64,000 nt of DNA, from positions 703,812 through 767,811 of the forward strand of contig CAJFCJ010000022.1 of the NCBI GenBank assembly GCA_904063045.1. Reading direction: 5' to 3'. The DNA comes from Dimorphilus gyrociliatus. Taxonomy: Eukaryota > Animalia > Annelida. The notes beneath the pieces are model-generated. The model was not told where the DNA came from. It worked only from the letters and a program-made list of their open reading frames with translations, and ran no database searches. Of the stretch, positions 13,877 to 27,426 are shown piece after piece (position 1 is the stretch's first letter; each line of letters opens with the position of its first letter). Both the position numbers and the translations under genes were made by a program.

Positions 13877-15959
13877 AAGCTTCTCCCCCTTTTTTCTCTC
13901 CCTCTCCTTCTCCATCTCACACGCTCTCTTTCTTTTACTTCTTTCTTCACATCTCCTTTTTTCTGCTTTTCTCTACTTCTCTCCCTCATTCTCTCTCAAT
14001 CTCCTTCGTCTTCTTCCCTCTACAACTCATTACTCTCCTTATCAATCTATCTTTGCAATAACCTTTTGGTTTAGGCGTAAAATGAAAAAAACGTCCAACT
14101 ACCTTATAAGCAATAGATGCGTCTAATTTGCAATTATTGTTCTTGACCTTCGACGTAAGTCATTACGCAAACGAAGAAAATCTAATTAGGAAGGACGCCT
14201 CGTATTTTTTTTGTCATCAAATATACTGTACAATCAAAATCTGACAAAGCAGCGTCTGTAGACGATTATAAACACCATAAGGACAAACAAAAGAGGCCAG
14301 GATTGGACAAATGTTTATGTGGATTGGTTGGCGAAATAAGAGAAATGTGAATAACTTTACTTCTCGTTTGGAAGTAGCAGAAAACAACTCTCAATTAAAA
14401 ATAGCTGAAGAAGTCGTGTGACCATATTGATTGTGCAAGAATAATAAGAGAATAGTATATTCAACTTACAAACTATTAAAGGAAATGGAATAAAGCAAAA
14501 CGAAAATTAAGGAAATATCATACTCTGTTGTTCTTAAGTTTAGTCGACAATCTTACGAAGAACCCTTTGCTAACATGATATAATACATTAATACAGCTTT
14601 CTTCTCTTCTCTTCTCTCTCCCTCTTTCAAACTCTCACTCTCTCTCCATCTATCCGTCTCTAAATCTCTAAATCTCGCTCTCTCTTTCTCTTTAAATAAC
14701 AACTCTAGTGCTTTTTTTCTATAGCTCTCTTCCTATTTCCTCCATTTAAGCATTTCCCTCTAACTACTAAATAAAAAGAGGAAAATCTATCGGCCATCTT
14801 TTAATAAATAGAACTGTACGGATAAAACATACGGTTTGAATAGATATCTAAAGGAACTGTGCTTGGGGCAATTAATTATATTTCCCTCGGGATGATTATA
14901 GGATTTAAAGTGACTGCTAGCTGCATGTTCTCCACAGAGTAGGAATGAAATCAGAGAAAATCTGGATTCCTTTACAAGAGTATGAAAATTATTGATTAGC
15001 TAGCACAAGTTAGAAATGTCGGCGAAAACATCAATGGAAAAGCTCGAGCAGATAAATCGAATAGAAATCGTACTCTTATTAGGATTGTAACTTTATTTGC
15101 AGCTGCATTCCACAGATATCTTTATTCACTTTTTTCTTCCTTTTATTATCCTACTAATTTTCTATAACAAGTTGGCCAGGGTTAGTCTTTTTTTGCTTTG
15201 AAATCAATATCTTTATATTTGATAGCTAAAAAGACTCAATCCTTTCTCCTCCTATCCACCTCTTTATTTTTCTTTCTCTCTGCTTGTCCGTCTCTGTCTC
15301 TGCCTCTACCTCAGCCTATATGTCTGATTATGACTCTCTATTTCTCAGTCTGTCTATCTGTCTAACTGTCTAACTGTCTATTTCAGTCTGTTCCTGTCTC
15401 TGTTTCTGTCTGTCTTTTTCTCTTTCTCTCACTGTTTTTGCGTGTGTTCGTCCACTTGTCCCCCATTTCAGTTCCTCTATACGCTCCGTTCCCCTTCCTC
15501 TCCAACTCATTTTCTTCCCTCACTAATCACCTGTCTATCTATTTCTATCGCTTCTTTCTCTTATATTCCTTCTCGCTCTCTAATTTTCTGCAAGACATCT
15601 TTTTTGCTCGCTTACCTTTCTAACTCATTTTTTTTCTGCCTTTGATTCGTTATGTTAAACGTTATAGATCCTTCGTCCAGTAACCGAGTCAACTGCACTA
15701 GGTTGTAATCTCACTCTCTCCATACCACTCAATCCCTAATCACCTATTTACTTATTTATGAAACAAACAGTCTACGGGATCCGGATCGATAACAAACTAT
15801 TTGCTAAACAGTCGATGATAAGCCGGAGTATCGTATATACAAAAATATATAATCGGTTGAAAAGCATATTTCAAAGTATCTATATGGAAGGATAAAACTT
15901 GGAAATAGCTTATTGTTCTCTCTCTTCATCTTACTCACTCGCTCATTCACTCACACGCT

Positions 15960-16003
<44 letters not shown>

Positions 16004-16305
16004 CAGCCTATCAGTCTCCTCTCTCCCTCTGTTTCTACCCTCTTATCGTGGCTGTGTGTAGATAGCAAAGCGGACGACTAAGCTTATAAGATCAGGTATA
16101 TCTGATCTGAATATGACTGTTTTGTAATATGTGCTCGTCAACACATCCTTCTATCTGCAATATACGTATATATCGCACAAGACAGCTCAATTTATCTAAT
16201 TAAGGAGAGAAAAGAGACAAAATAGGCGATTGAGATAGAGAGAGAGAGTTTGACGGCAAAGAAAACAAGTAGAATAATGAAAAAAGTAGAGAGAAAAAGA
16301 GAGAG

Positions 16306-16336
<31 letters not shown>

Positions 16337-19300
16337 TGGGATAATGGATAATAATGAAAACGTTTATTTAATATTCAAGAAATATAATTAGATGTTATAT
16401 TAAACGACCCTTCACAATACGTTTGATGGAAGAATACTTCCGCTTCTATTAAAACATTTGTATATTTTTATCCTTTTTATGTCCTATAGTTTCGTAAAGG
16501 TAAAATGCTTCTTTGTAACTATAGTTACCGTATATACATCTACATTTCTACCTTTCCATGTTTTAAGCCCGAATCCATATTACAAGTATATGTGCAGAAA
16601 TTGTTTACGTTACAAGGCATACATACAAATATAAGTGCGTACGGTATATACATATACACGCACATACATATTAGTATAAATGTATATCAGATATATGTGA
16701 TATACAAGATATATGCCATTATTAAAATGTAGAATACTATCTAGTAGATGCGTGTTTTTATTTTAAGTATAATGAGTGGAAGGTGAGAAGTGAGAGAGAG
16801 AGAGAGTGAGAGAGGAAGAGAGAGAAAGTGGGAATGAGAGAGAAAAACAAAAATACAAATTAAGTGTATTTTTCCCTTTCGAATAAGAGAAATAGGCAGC
16901 TGAACATAAAGAAATAATTTTTGTTTTTGTCTTTTCTCACTCGACAAAAAGACGTAAATATAAAAAGAAAACTAAATTGAATGGATCAGACTGTACATGC
17001 ATCTCTGTAAGTGTTTTTTTTTGTGAAATTATACTCTATTTGTATACAATTGTCAGAATAAAGAGATTTTACATATTTTTTATATAGTATATGTTCCACG
17101 TTTGCATGCACTCTGTATATTGTATACACAATAGATAATATTTATGGATAGATTTCAATTTGTGTGTAACTCAAACAGTCTGTTAATATAGTTGAATAAC
17201 CCTAAGCCTAAAATCGACCCTTATAATATATTATTACTTGTATACTCTATATATACATATATATATTTATAGAGAGAGAGAGAGAGCATATATACTCTAT
17301 GCATTTTGCACATGCGCAACACATAATACACTAATATAAATGCAAGTGTGATTTATCATTCTCTTTCTCTTTTCACTTATCCACTCGGTCACTCACTCAC
17401 TCACTTGTCCATTCATTCATTCATTCATTCATTCATTCATTCGTGCGTGCGTTTATTCCCTCATTCACCCCGCTTTGCCTGTCTCTCTATCCATAGCTCT
17501 TTCTTCGTCATCCTTTCTAACTATGTAAGTATTGTATACATAAAAATAAAAGAAAAGCGTTTTTTATATAAATAATTCACACATAAGGACATAAGTAAAT
17601 ATGTAAATATAAGCGAGAATAGACGAATATCAACATATACACAAATATATTTGTATATAAATAAGTGGAAATTGAATGAAGAATGGATATGTATTGCAAA
17701 TGTAAATGTTTTTAATTTTCGTTATCATGCATACGCAATTCATAATGCAATACATACTTAATACGCATTCATCAACACATGTACAAACACATACATTCAC
17801 ACATACGTATATTCTGTATATACATATAGATACACATGTGTGTACGCACGTTCGTACAGATGTAGTCATTCTCCTTTACATTCGAATAAATCTATTAGAC
17901 GCCGTATATTCTATAGTGGCATTATATTATATACAGGGCGATGAAAGACGTATTTAACTAGAATAATAGAAATATACCTTAGACGTGAATTGAAATGTCG
18001 CCAATAACGATATCGGCAACAACAACAATAACAACAACCTTAGCAATATAATTACTTAACAAATACATGATGCACCATTTATCAAGGTTAGGCTAGGCTT
18101 ATTCAACGTCCGTATTATAAATTTTCAGCCTATTCCCTTTCATGGAGTTTAACTGTTTTTGTTTAGCGGCGTATTGTTGTTATTGATCTTATTAAACAAG
18201 TGTATAGGCCTGAGCCAACATATTCAGAGTCCTTTATAATAATAATACTCATTGCCATTATCTATTCTTCATAGGACTAGAAAGAAATAGAGAAAAAGGG
18301 GGACGATAGTTGGGAAAGTATAAAAATAATAAATTTTTCATTAGCCCTATATCTCTATATAATTTCTCTTTCAGCTCCTAAGCCTTATTTTGTTCAAAAA
18401 TATACAAAATTTCTTTTCCAAAGTCGTACATTTTTGTATGTTTATCGATTGGCCTAGATATTCTGATGTTGCGTCCCGTTAATAGAATCGTCTCTTCCCT
18501 CAAATTCCCCTGCTATTCAAGAGTCGATCTAGTTAGATTATTTACTTTTTCTCCTACTTTGTATGCTAGTTCTTGTTCTTTTTTTTTTAATTCTCTTTTT
18601 TAACTACAACTATTACTCATTGCACTCTCAACACACTGTTCGTTCATCTCCACCAACGCTGTTTACTACTTGGTACTTACTATTAACAACTGATGGTCTT
18701 TCGAATTGTCTGCCTCCTCCTCGAGATTGTAAATTCTTTTTGCGTTCAATTTCAGATTATCAATCGCACTAATCATATTTTGTTTGTTCAAACAAGATAA
18801 AAAGACTTTATGAAATAATAGAAAAACTATATATAATTGCACGCTTTAACCTTTCAATAGGAAATATACGTTCTGAAAGCCAACCGCTTCCCTTTTTTAA
18901 ACGTAAATCTTCTCTGTTTACAATTTTTCAGGCTTTTCCTATATCTCCCTTTTCTCTTTCCTTACGTCTTTGAGCGGAAAAAAACCATGTGATAACTTAA
19001 TGTAATGGCGCATAATTTAATTAGTCGCCGAACTAAGGCCTATTGCATGGGATATTGGATTATGAATAAAACGAAGTGGATAGCTGGGAAACAGGTTAAT
19101 CCCCGCAATATATATACATATTCTATATCTTTATGTACTGTATATTTGCAGTAGAGCGTTGTTATGTATAAAAACTGTATTTATCACTCGACTTAACGGT
19201 TTATACACGCTGTGTTTTTTGCAGCTCACACGCTAACTGCTTCTGCACTCCCGCGTGTGCAGGCAGCAATAATCCAATGCAAATATATACAGCGACATTT

Positions 19301-19899
19301 AATATATGGCCGGATTATTAAGGTTAATGATAATAATCCGGAATCTTTTAAGATATGCTAATTATAGTCATTCATTTTATTCCCTTTCCCTCGTCTCCTT
19401 CCATTCATTTCTCTTCTCTGCGTTTTTCTATCAACGTCACGTCACTCCATTAATCAAACGATTGAAAGGTGAGGAAATATTGGGAATTATGTAATTCTGA
19501 TTACGAAAAATCAACTCTATTTGACGAGCGGCAGAGGAAAAATTACATAAAAACAATACTCCACTCGATTTACAATGTAATGAAAACTTGGACTAGAAGA
19601 GCTTCTGTTCAGAGTATATTGAAACAATTACCTTCCATCGCCAGCACCCTAACTTGTAGTATCTCTATTATAATAAAAAGAATAAGCCTACTCTTTCTTT
19701 AACGATATACCTTAAAATCTCAAAGAGAAACATATAAGCCTAATTTGTCTTTGATCTCTACCGAATTTCTTTCCTCGTTTTATTATTTACAATACGAAAA
19801 CGAAAGATATTTTGAAAACGAATCGAGAGCTCAATATGGGTTTGGAGAATTTGAATGCGATAGGATGAGATCGAGAGCCTTAACAGTCTGAATGAACAA

Positions 19900-19930
<31 letters not shown>

Positions 19931-20100
19931 AGAAAGACGGAAAGAAAAACCAGACAACTACACTAGTTACTTACCACGCCTTTTAAAGCGGCTTCGATAG
20001 CTTTTTCTCCGACCTCCTGCAAGTTTTCTAATGTTTCAACACCGCTCAACTTTAAAATGGAATCCTGTAAGTCGCAGAGAACGCACCTGTCCGCCGTCAT
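1..20100 (-). CDS. Pde2: cGMP-stimulated 3',5'-cyclic nucleotide phosphodiesterase, PDE2 family (multi-exon; 3' end with the catalytic domain lies outside the window)
   Basis: Phase-consistent GT-AG exons on -: 3085-3137 ([17 protein letters not shown]), 2544-2969, 2442-2481, 2224-2287, 1255-1397, 1073-1189, 891-1006, 710-787, 447-569, 1-40 (truncated). The spliced product aligns colinearly with PDE2A GAF-A/GAF-B, e.g. [52 protein letters not shown] and [26 protein letters not shown]. Upstream exons at 19975-20100, 12840-12937 and 6338-6426 match the PDE2A N-terminus; one or more linking exons are unresolved. Confidence 0.93.
1716..1753. repeat. (CT)19 microsatellite in a PDE2 intron
   Basis: Direct reading. 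One of dozens of (CT/GA)n arrays in the window. Confidence 0.95.
6338..6426 (-). CDS. Pde2: Probable PDE2 N-terminal exon ([29 protein letters not shown])
   Basis: Open frame between TCAG acceptor(s) and a GCG|GTAAGT donor. The peptide resembles PDE2A [20 protein letters not shown]. An alternative in-phase acceptor (ATTTCAG) lies inside the exon. Confidence 0.6.
8738..8810. repeat. Compound (TCCA)n-(TCTA)n microsatellite
   Basis: Direct reading. Confidence 0.9.
12840..12937 (-). CDS. Pde2: Probable PDE2 N-terminal exon ([32 protein letters not shown])
   Basis: TTTTGCAG acceptor and AA|GTAAGT donor. It joins in phase 0 to exon 19975-20100 and resembles PDE2A [27 protein letters not shown]. 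Confidence 0.75.
13277..13312. repeat. (AG)18 microsatellite
   Basis: Direct reading. Confidence 0.95.
19975..20100 (-). CDS. Pde2: Probable first coding exon of PDE2 ([42 protein letters not shown])
   Basis: ATG at 20100 in an open frame; GTG|GTAAGT donor. Resembles PDE2A [36 protein letters not shown]. The frame is also open upstream to about 20203, and an internal TTACAG acceptor at 20065 could serve an alternative 5' exon. Confidence 0.8.
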
Positions 20101-21655
20101 ATTCGATTCTGGTGAATGCCTAATTGAAACGCCCTCTGGTGGTTGACGATGAAAAAATCGAATCCTTATGCACTGTATACTATACCGCCCCGACTGCTTT
20201 TAATTCCTTGCCGGAGATTGGCGTTTATTGCTAAAATTTTATTATATTTCTTGTCTTTCCTACTTTTTTGCGGCACTTGGAAAATTGTTTTATAGAAATT
20301 TTTCATTTCATCACCCAAATGACGAGTGCTTTTAAGCCAAGTATTTGATGAGGGTAAACAGATACTTTTTAATAGTTTTTGCTACCCTCTGTCCCTCTAC
20401 CTTCTCCACTCTCTAGCTCCAATCTCTCTAAATTTCCTCCACTCGACACCTTTCTCTTTGTCCTTATAGTTTTCTATCTATTTATCTCTATCATCTACCT
20501 ATTTATCAATTCATCTATCTCTCGGTCTGCTTCTCCCTTTCTTAACCCTTTCCCATTCTCCCTACAAGACCAATTCTCCGTTATGTCTACGCCTCCGTGG
20601 TTTTCTCTATCAATTTTCCTTTCCAGTATAAACCCCCCGTCTGTTACTTTTTTCGACCCCTACCCCTCAGCCGCCCCGCTCGCCCGCTCGCCCACCCCCC
20701 TCGCTCCCCCTCTATCTCTCTCTTTCTGAGTGACGAACACTTGCTGGGCATGCCATCTATCGCCAAAAAAATTTAAACTTAAATTAGATAACGCATTCTC
20801 AATTAGTAATAAGATCTTGTTTGATGAATTAAAATAATCATTAGATATTCTCTAAGAATACAAACAATGTGCGAGGTTGGTTGGATGAAAGGCAAAACTG
20901 AGGATCAACTGTCAGGGGCAACCCTAAAACCAATGAAATAATTTTGTAAATGAAAAGAGAAAAGTGGTAATTGTTAGGTGGAGTTCTGTTTAGTCCATCG
21001 GAGAAAACATTTACACAAACTCGAGCAATTAAGCTCCTTACAATTTACATAATTGATCCGTTTTATGATGTAGAAAAACTTTTCTAGCACTAGACTTTGA
21101 TTTCTCTATCAACAAGCGATAAGATAAGCAGGCGAGAATATGTAAATATTCAACAAGATTTTACCTGCTTATATCTCTTCTTTCATACTTGTAACTTTTT
21201 TCTTGCCCGATAAACTTTTCTTTTATCCCTATAAGTTTTTTTCTCTATTTCTCTCCATTCGTCTTTCCACTCTTCCTTCCTTCTTTCTTTGTCTCTTCCC
21301 TATACACTTCTCTTGCTGTCTCTTGACCTCTTTCCCTCTTCATTCCCTCCTCTAACTTAACTCATCACTTTCAATATTTTATCTTTTTTTCGCACGATTT
21401 CTCTTACTTTCGCCTCCTACTCAACTTTTACTTTTTCTAATTGAATTAATCGTACCAATACTCGTCTCCTTAAATGTTTCGCTCGTATTAGATATAGTTA
21501 ATACTTTATTATAGTAAAACGTCCAACGTCGAAACTTTCTTATTTGCCCATCTGCTGGCTTGAGTGTTTTTTTTTTTTTTATTTCTATGCTTGCCCTTCA
21601 CCCTTCTCATTCAGAGATATAGATACACAGTATGTATATACAATATATATATACA

Positions 21656-21695
<40 letters not shown>

Positions 21696-21959
21696 TTATT
21701 TATTTATTTCTATTAACACATTCTTTCTCTCTTCCCTCGTTCCTCTCTCCCGTGCCCCTTTACCCCTCCCCTCCCTCACCACCCCCTCTCTCTGTCACCC
21801 ATATTTTCATTCATTCATTCTTTCATTCACTGGGCATTTTTCAATATCAATGTCAGGTTTTGTTTTCAGTTGTAATTATAATATTTTCTGTATATATATA
21901 TATTTATATATGCAGTATATACAGTATATTTGTTAAACTGAGGGTTAGTTTATTTTGTT

Positions 21960-21978
21960 CAACGCCACCTGACGGCCT
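21960..21978 (-). promoter_or_regulatory. CTCF-like site (reverse), between PDE2 and trh
   Basis: The minus strand reads AGGCCGTCAGGTGGCGTTG versus the consensus TGGCCACCAGGGGGCGCTA. Confidence 0.5.
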
Positions 21979-23387
21979 AAATAGTTCGAGACGATTAGGA
22001 AGTCTCAAGGTTGTGAAACTCTATGGTATTTTGCTAACAGTATCGCCATCTATAGCTCATATGGAAAGAAAAGAACTTGTGATATTTCTTTATGTAAATA
22101 TGCTTTGAAAGTGGCAAATATTCAATTCATTTGGGGCTTAGAAGGTAATTTGAGGGGGTAGGTTGACGACCGACCGAGTGAGAAAGAGATACAAAGACAG
22201 AGAGGGGACGAAGAGACAGAAAGGCAAAGACAGAAAAGAGATAGAGCATTTGAAAGCGAAGCAAAGACAAGGTTAATAGAATGTTACCATAAGCCAAATA
22301 TTACTGACAATACGTAAATATGTAGAGGACATATAGAAAGCACATAAAATACATATATATGTTATATACGGTTTGTTGAATATAGCGGACTATGTACTAT
22401 CTGTCAATAATATACAGGACATGTATTATACGTTTAAAAGCTTGTTTATATGTGTAGGTTAAAGGATATACACATTCTAATAAGAGAAAGAGAGACAGAG
22501 ACAGAGAGAGAGAGAGAGAGAGAGAAAGAAAGAAAGAAGAAAAAGTATGTATTTGGTAAATGAATGGAGTCTACAGATAGATTGCCATTGTATTTGTTCG
22601 TCGTCTACGTATAAAAGGAGAAGGGATTATAGATAAAATTATATGTGTATATATAGAGAATATATTGTATAAATGGTACATTCTATAAAAGAATATATAT
22701 TCTATACATAGTGAATGTGTGGCTTTGAAGCACCTTAGATATTGCTTACCGCGCACTAATTACACATTCTCTCTCTTATGGTGATGATATACTTAAAAAA
22801 TATGAGCTTTTATACACCTTCTTCTATTCTATTCATAAAGGTATCGTTTGCAGTATTAGTCAATTTCATATCCCACGTGATGTTGTCCAATCCTCTCTTC
22901 TTTTTTTTAATTATCGCATATTACCATTAAATAAATTATTCGACTTAAATTTATAGGCCAAAAGAGAGAAGGGAGATTAGCAGCCGACGGATAGAAATAG
23001 CGAGAAAAGGGGAGAGGAAAAGAGGAAGCAGAAAAGGAAAGAGATACTAAATAGAAAAGAAAAAAGAGATGATAGGCCTGAAGGTGTATTAAAAACAAAG
23101 CAGGCTATAGACAGGGAATATCTGTTTAGAAAAATAGTTGCCTTTCAACTGAATTGAACGATAAAACAGCGAAAGAGAGAATGAAAGAGTTTTTATTAAT
23201 ATAGTTTGAAACGTATCGATTGTAAAAGCTAATATATCAATATATCACCCCTTGTCTTTATTAAATATGATAAATAACCGTTTGGAATTATAGAATTAGA
23301 AAACACTGGCCAAATTGATCGCGTTAAAAGAATTCCGGACGAAAATAAGATTTATCGTTCAGATAATCTTATTGTCGTCAAATTTCG

Positions 23388-23403
23388 TCTACAGAGGGCG
23401 CTA
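23388..23403 (+). promoter_or_regulatory. CTCF-like site (forward), between PDE2 and trh
   Basis: TCTACAGAGGGCGCTA has a strong 3' core (CAGAGGGCGCTA) and a weaker 5' half. Confidence 0.42.
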
Positions 23404-23700
23404 TCCGAAATACAAAGGAAATGAAATAAATAGAGTGTTGATCACATTTCCAGGAAACGAAATAAACTCTTTTCATTCCTTATGAAAAAGCCGGGAAAGG
23501 AACAAGTCGAACGAAGAGAATAGTAGAGAAACTGTGATGCAAGGGGTAGAGAGTCTAATACTAGTTATAAAGAGAGAAACGATTACGTATATCATTCATT
23601 CCTCCTTTATTCGTTATGTAAATAATACACTTTTATACACAAAGTTTCTCGTACTTTTCGAAAATTTACCACTATAAGTTAAGCAACTTTTATCCTCTTC

Positions 23701-23721
23701 CTCTCCCTCTTTCTCTCCCTC

Positions 23722-23774
<53 letters not shown>
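23701..23774. repeat. Long interrupted (CT)n polypyrimidine tract
   Basis: Direct reading; about 74 nt without a purine. Confidence 0.95.
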
Positions 23775-23777
<3 letters not shown>

Positions 23778-26700
23778 TCCATCTCTATTCGTCTTCTTTT
23801 ATTATTTTATAATTTCTAACCTATCCATTAGGTAATTGACAAACGCCATTACATACATTATACAGATATAGTATTTAGTTGTTGCTATTGTTGCTGTTTT
23901 TTTTTTATATTGAAGAACAATCACTCTTCCTTTAAATTATTAATAAAAACTATCGACTAGTTGAAAGTTAATCATGAAATGAAAGTGAAAAATCTGTTAA
24001 ATTGGCATTTCAAAAAATTAAAAATGAAAATCAACTAAAAACAAACAAATGTTAAATTAATGAATTTTTACATCGGCCTCTTTTCTTTCTTTCTCGTTTT
24101 CTTCATCTCATTTCGTTACCCTGCCACTTTCTCTCTCTTTCTCTAGCTCTTATTGTTATCAATAAATTCTGTAAGCCTTTTTCCCCCAACGTTCTCTGAC
24201 ACCCCGAGAGGAATTTACAGCCAGAGAGGTAATTCATTTCAAAAAGATGGCGCTACCGAAAAGCGTAAAAAATGAAAGAGAGAGGGAGGAAGGGAGAGAA
24301 TGCAAAAATATGAATAGACACAGAACGGGGGTACGACACGGGAACGGAGAAATGTTGGCCTGAAAGAATAATTGAACAGTCGACTGTGTGCGAGAAACGG
24401 AGAAAGAGAGGGATAGTGAAGGGGAAATAGAAAAAAAAGATAAAGATTAGACGCCTCGCGTGACGCCGGACAACAAGTGCTTCGTCGCTCCGATAAAATT
24501 GGTTTATCGTCCACGCTTAGTATTAATTCCCTTTTTACAATAGCCCAGTTCTGTACACTTTTGGGGGCAAAGGATTAAAAAAGGCATCGGCCCCCAAATT
24601 AATTTGATTTTCGTTCAATAGGGAAAAAAATGTATTTTCATGCGAAGCAATCCGTCGATTTATCAGAATTATACAGGTTGCCGAATAGGTTACATTCGTC
24701 TAACCTCTAACCTCCAGCAGTCTTTTCGTATTACTGCTTATAGCTGTTCAAACTTTGTTGTTTATAGCCGGGGTTACTTTAACGAAAAACAGAAGAGGTC
24801 GGCAGGGGTTAATTTTTGCATTGCGAGAAGAAGGCGGAAGAAGAGGGAAAACCGACGAATGTGCTCGATTAAATTAGGAGCAATTGAGTATTTTGAATTA
24901 CTAAGGAAAGAGGGTAAAGAAGAATGGGGAAGGGGGAGGAAAAGATGAAAGAATTTTCCAGTAAAAGCAAATATGAGTTTGGCTAATATTGATTTATTAG
25001 TATGTGTTTTTAGGGGCTTCTTTCAAGCAGCCTATCGTCAGCTTAGACGGACTTTTGGGGTAAATCTCTGTCAATACATGAGCCGAAATATATTAAAGAA
25101 ATTCCCTGTTATTACATACTCCTTATATATATCTTAAATATATACACATGATTTAATTTTTATTTGAGGATTTTTGTAAATCTCTTTTGATGATGCCGAA
25201 ACTGAAATGTCCATCTAGAGAAGGAAGGGAGTAAGGCAATTAAGTAGGTAGGTAGGAGAGTTGAAAGATGTAGAAAGAGGAGAAGAAAAGAGGCAGAGAC
25301 AAAGAAGAAGAGAGGGAAGAACAAGAAGAAGAAGAGGAAGAAGAAGCAGTATATACAGTATATGTATATATATATATATATACATACATACAGTATATTT
25401 ATATAAAGAAATATAAATTCTCAAATATAAACAGATGTTGTTTAATCAAATAAATTTCTACTTCTTTTTTCGCTCCAAATTAATTTAGACGTTAAATGTA
25501 AAGTGTTGGGAGGGGGCGGTTTATAGCCTTCTTCTAAATCTCACCACCAATGGATGAGCGTATGCAAATAAGACAGATGCCTGTCTATTACACGCTTCCC
25601 TTCGCTTCTGCTACACAACTAAAGTATTTTTTTCTTAATTCAATTCAGTATTACGTAATCTGTCTTTTTATCTCTTACTCTCCCGCTCTTTTTTTCCCTG
25701 TCTCTCTCTCTCTCTGTCTGTCTCTCCCCTTCTCACCTTCTGTCTCTAAGCCTATTTTTATATTTAGAAATTATTAGCATAAACAAGATAAATAAGCAAT
25801 CAAAGAAAATGAATTGAATTGAATTTATTTGAATTTTTGCTCCAAATTGCAAAAGTAGCTTTCTCATGCTATTCGTTAAAGTTCAGAATATTACTTGTTT
25901 TTTTCGTTGTATTTAAAAGAAAAAGAAAGAGAAGAAGCAGAAGAAGAAGAAGAGACGAAAACTTGAAATAGACAGTATATTGAAAAAGTGAATAAATAGT
26001 TTAGTTTGCAAAAGCTGCTTTAGATTTTTGATTTGCAGATTCTTTGTATTTTTCGTTTGGAAAATGTCTTTTGAATAGAATACATAAATATGACTTTTGG
26101 CAATAAACTATACTTTTATATGTATGTATGTATGCATACATATACTATACATACTGCATTATACAATATACGTGCTGTATTTGCACTTTATATACAGTAT
26201 ATACTGTATACATCTTGCGTACAGCATATAAACTATATAAACTTTTTACTCAATATATAAAAATGTGTAAATATACTTTTATATCGTATAGTGTATATTT
26301 AAAAAGTTATATATTAATGACTGTATTTACTGTACTCTTTGTCATTCTCATATATGTTAATATATAAATTTATATATTCTGTATTTATATTACTTATATT
26401 TGTCTTATGTTTTTATGTATCTTTTATGCATTTTCTCTTTTCTTCCCTTTCTTCAGTACACCTTTCGAATACTGTATATTAGCGTTTAGACACAGCTCAT
26501 TCTGCATTGCACCATTTTGTATTCAGCCGTCTATTATTCTAATATTAGCTCTCTATATCAATTGAATTAGCCATTAAATCATAACAAGCGAAATTACATA
26601 ACAAACTCTTACAATCGGCTGCTTAATACATTTCTTTTTTCATTTTACTGCAACGCCATACAGGTTAAGAAGCATACTGTATCCCTTTTACAGAGTATGT

Positions 26701-27426
26701 GCTTGTGTTTCGTGTATATGCGTGCGTGTGTGTGTATGAGTGTGTGTCTATGTGGCGATTGTGTACGTAATGCGGACGTACGTGTCTTTTGCGTTTGTGT
26801 GTAGAGTTATGTGGCGATGTGCGAACTATAAACATCAATATAAATATATCTTTATAGTTTTTATAGTAAACCTTTCTTTCTAATTATCTTTCTTTTTGTG
26901 TTTTTTCTTTGCAGTGTGCGTGAATGCGTGATTGCAATGATATTTACTTTACATGTGTCGTATAGAGTGAAAAAGTTTGCTTGTAACACGTGCTTCTCAA
27001 TTCTACGAGAATAGAATGTTGTATTGTTGTTGTTTGCTCTGTTTGATATGAAAATAGATTTAAATAGAAAGGGGTTAAAGGTTATAATCTTTTAGTTATA
27101 TATTTGTATGTATGTATCTGTGTATGTTTGTTTGAGTGTTTGCTTTGTATATACATATATAAGTGTAACAGTTAACTTTTGCATGCACAACATTTACGTC
27201 AATAATCAAAAAACGTAAAAGAATATTAGTTTGTTTTTTTTGTTTGTTTGTTTCGTTAACGAAATAACAAAGATGAATGGGGCGTCTATTTTTTGTTCTG
27301 TTTTCCTTCTTTTGTTTGTTCCAATTTAACGCCGACTCATCAAATTTGATAAACACAAATTAATTACAAGAAAATGAAACTCAAAAATATTTAATGGCTG
27401 TAGAGTTTAACCATAAAATTAAATTT

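Noticed and set aside
20065-20086. Apparent 22-nt GT-AG intron in the PDE2 first exon
   Set aside because: Too short compared with the minimum of about 60 nt seen in this window, and the sequence reads through in frame with PDE2A similarity (RCVLCDLQ).
20111-20120. GGTGAATGCC, identical to part of miR-124
   Set aside because: Only 10 nt match, the seed is absent and there is no hairpin.
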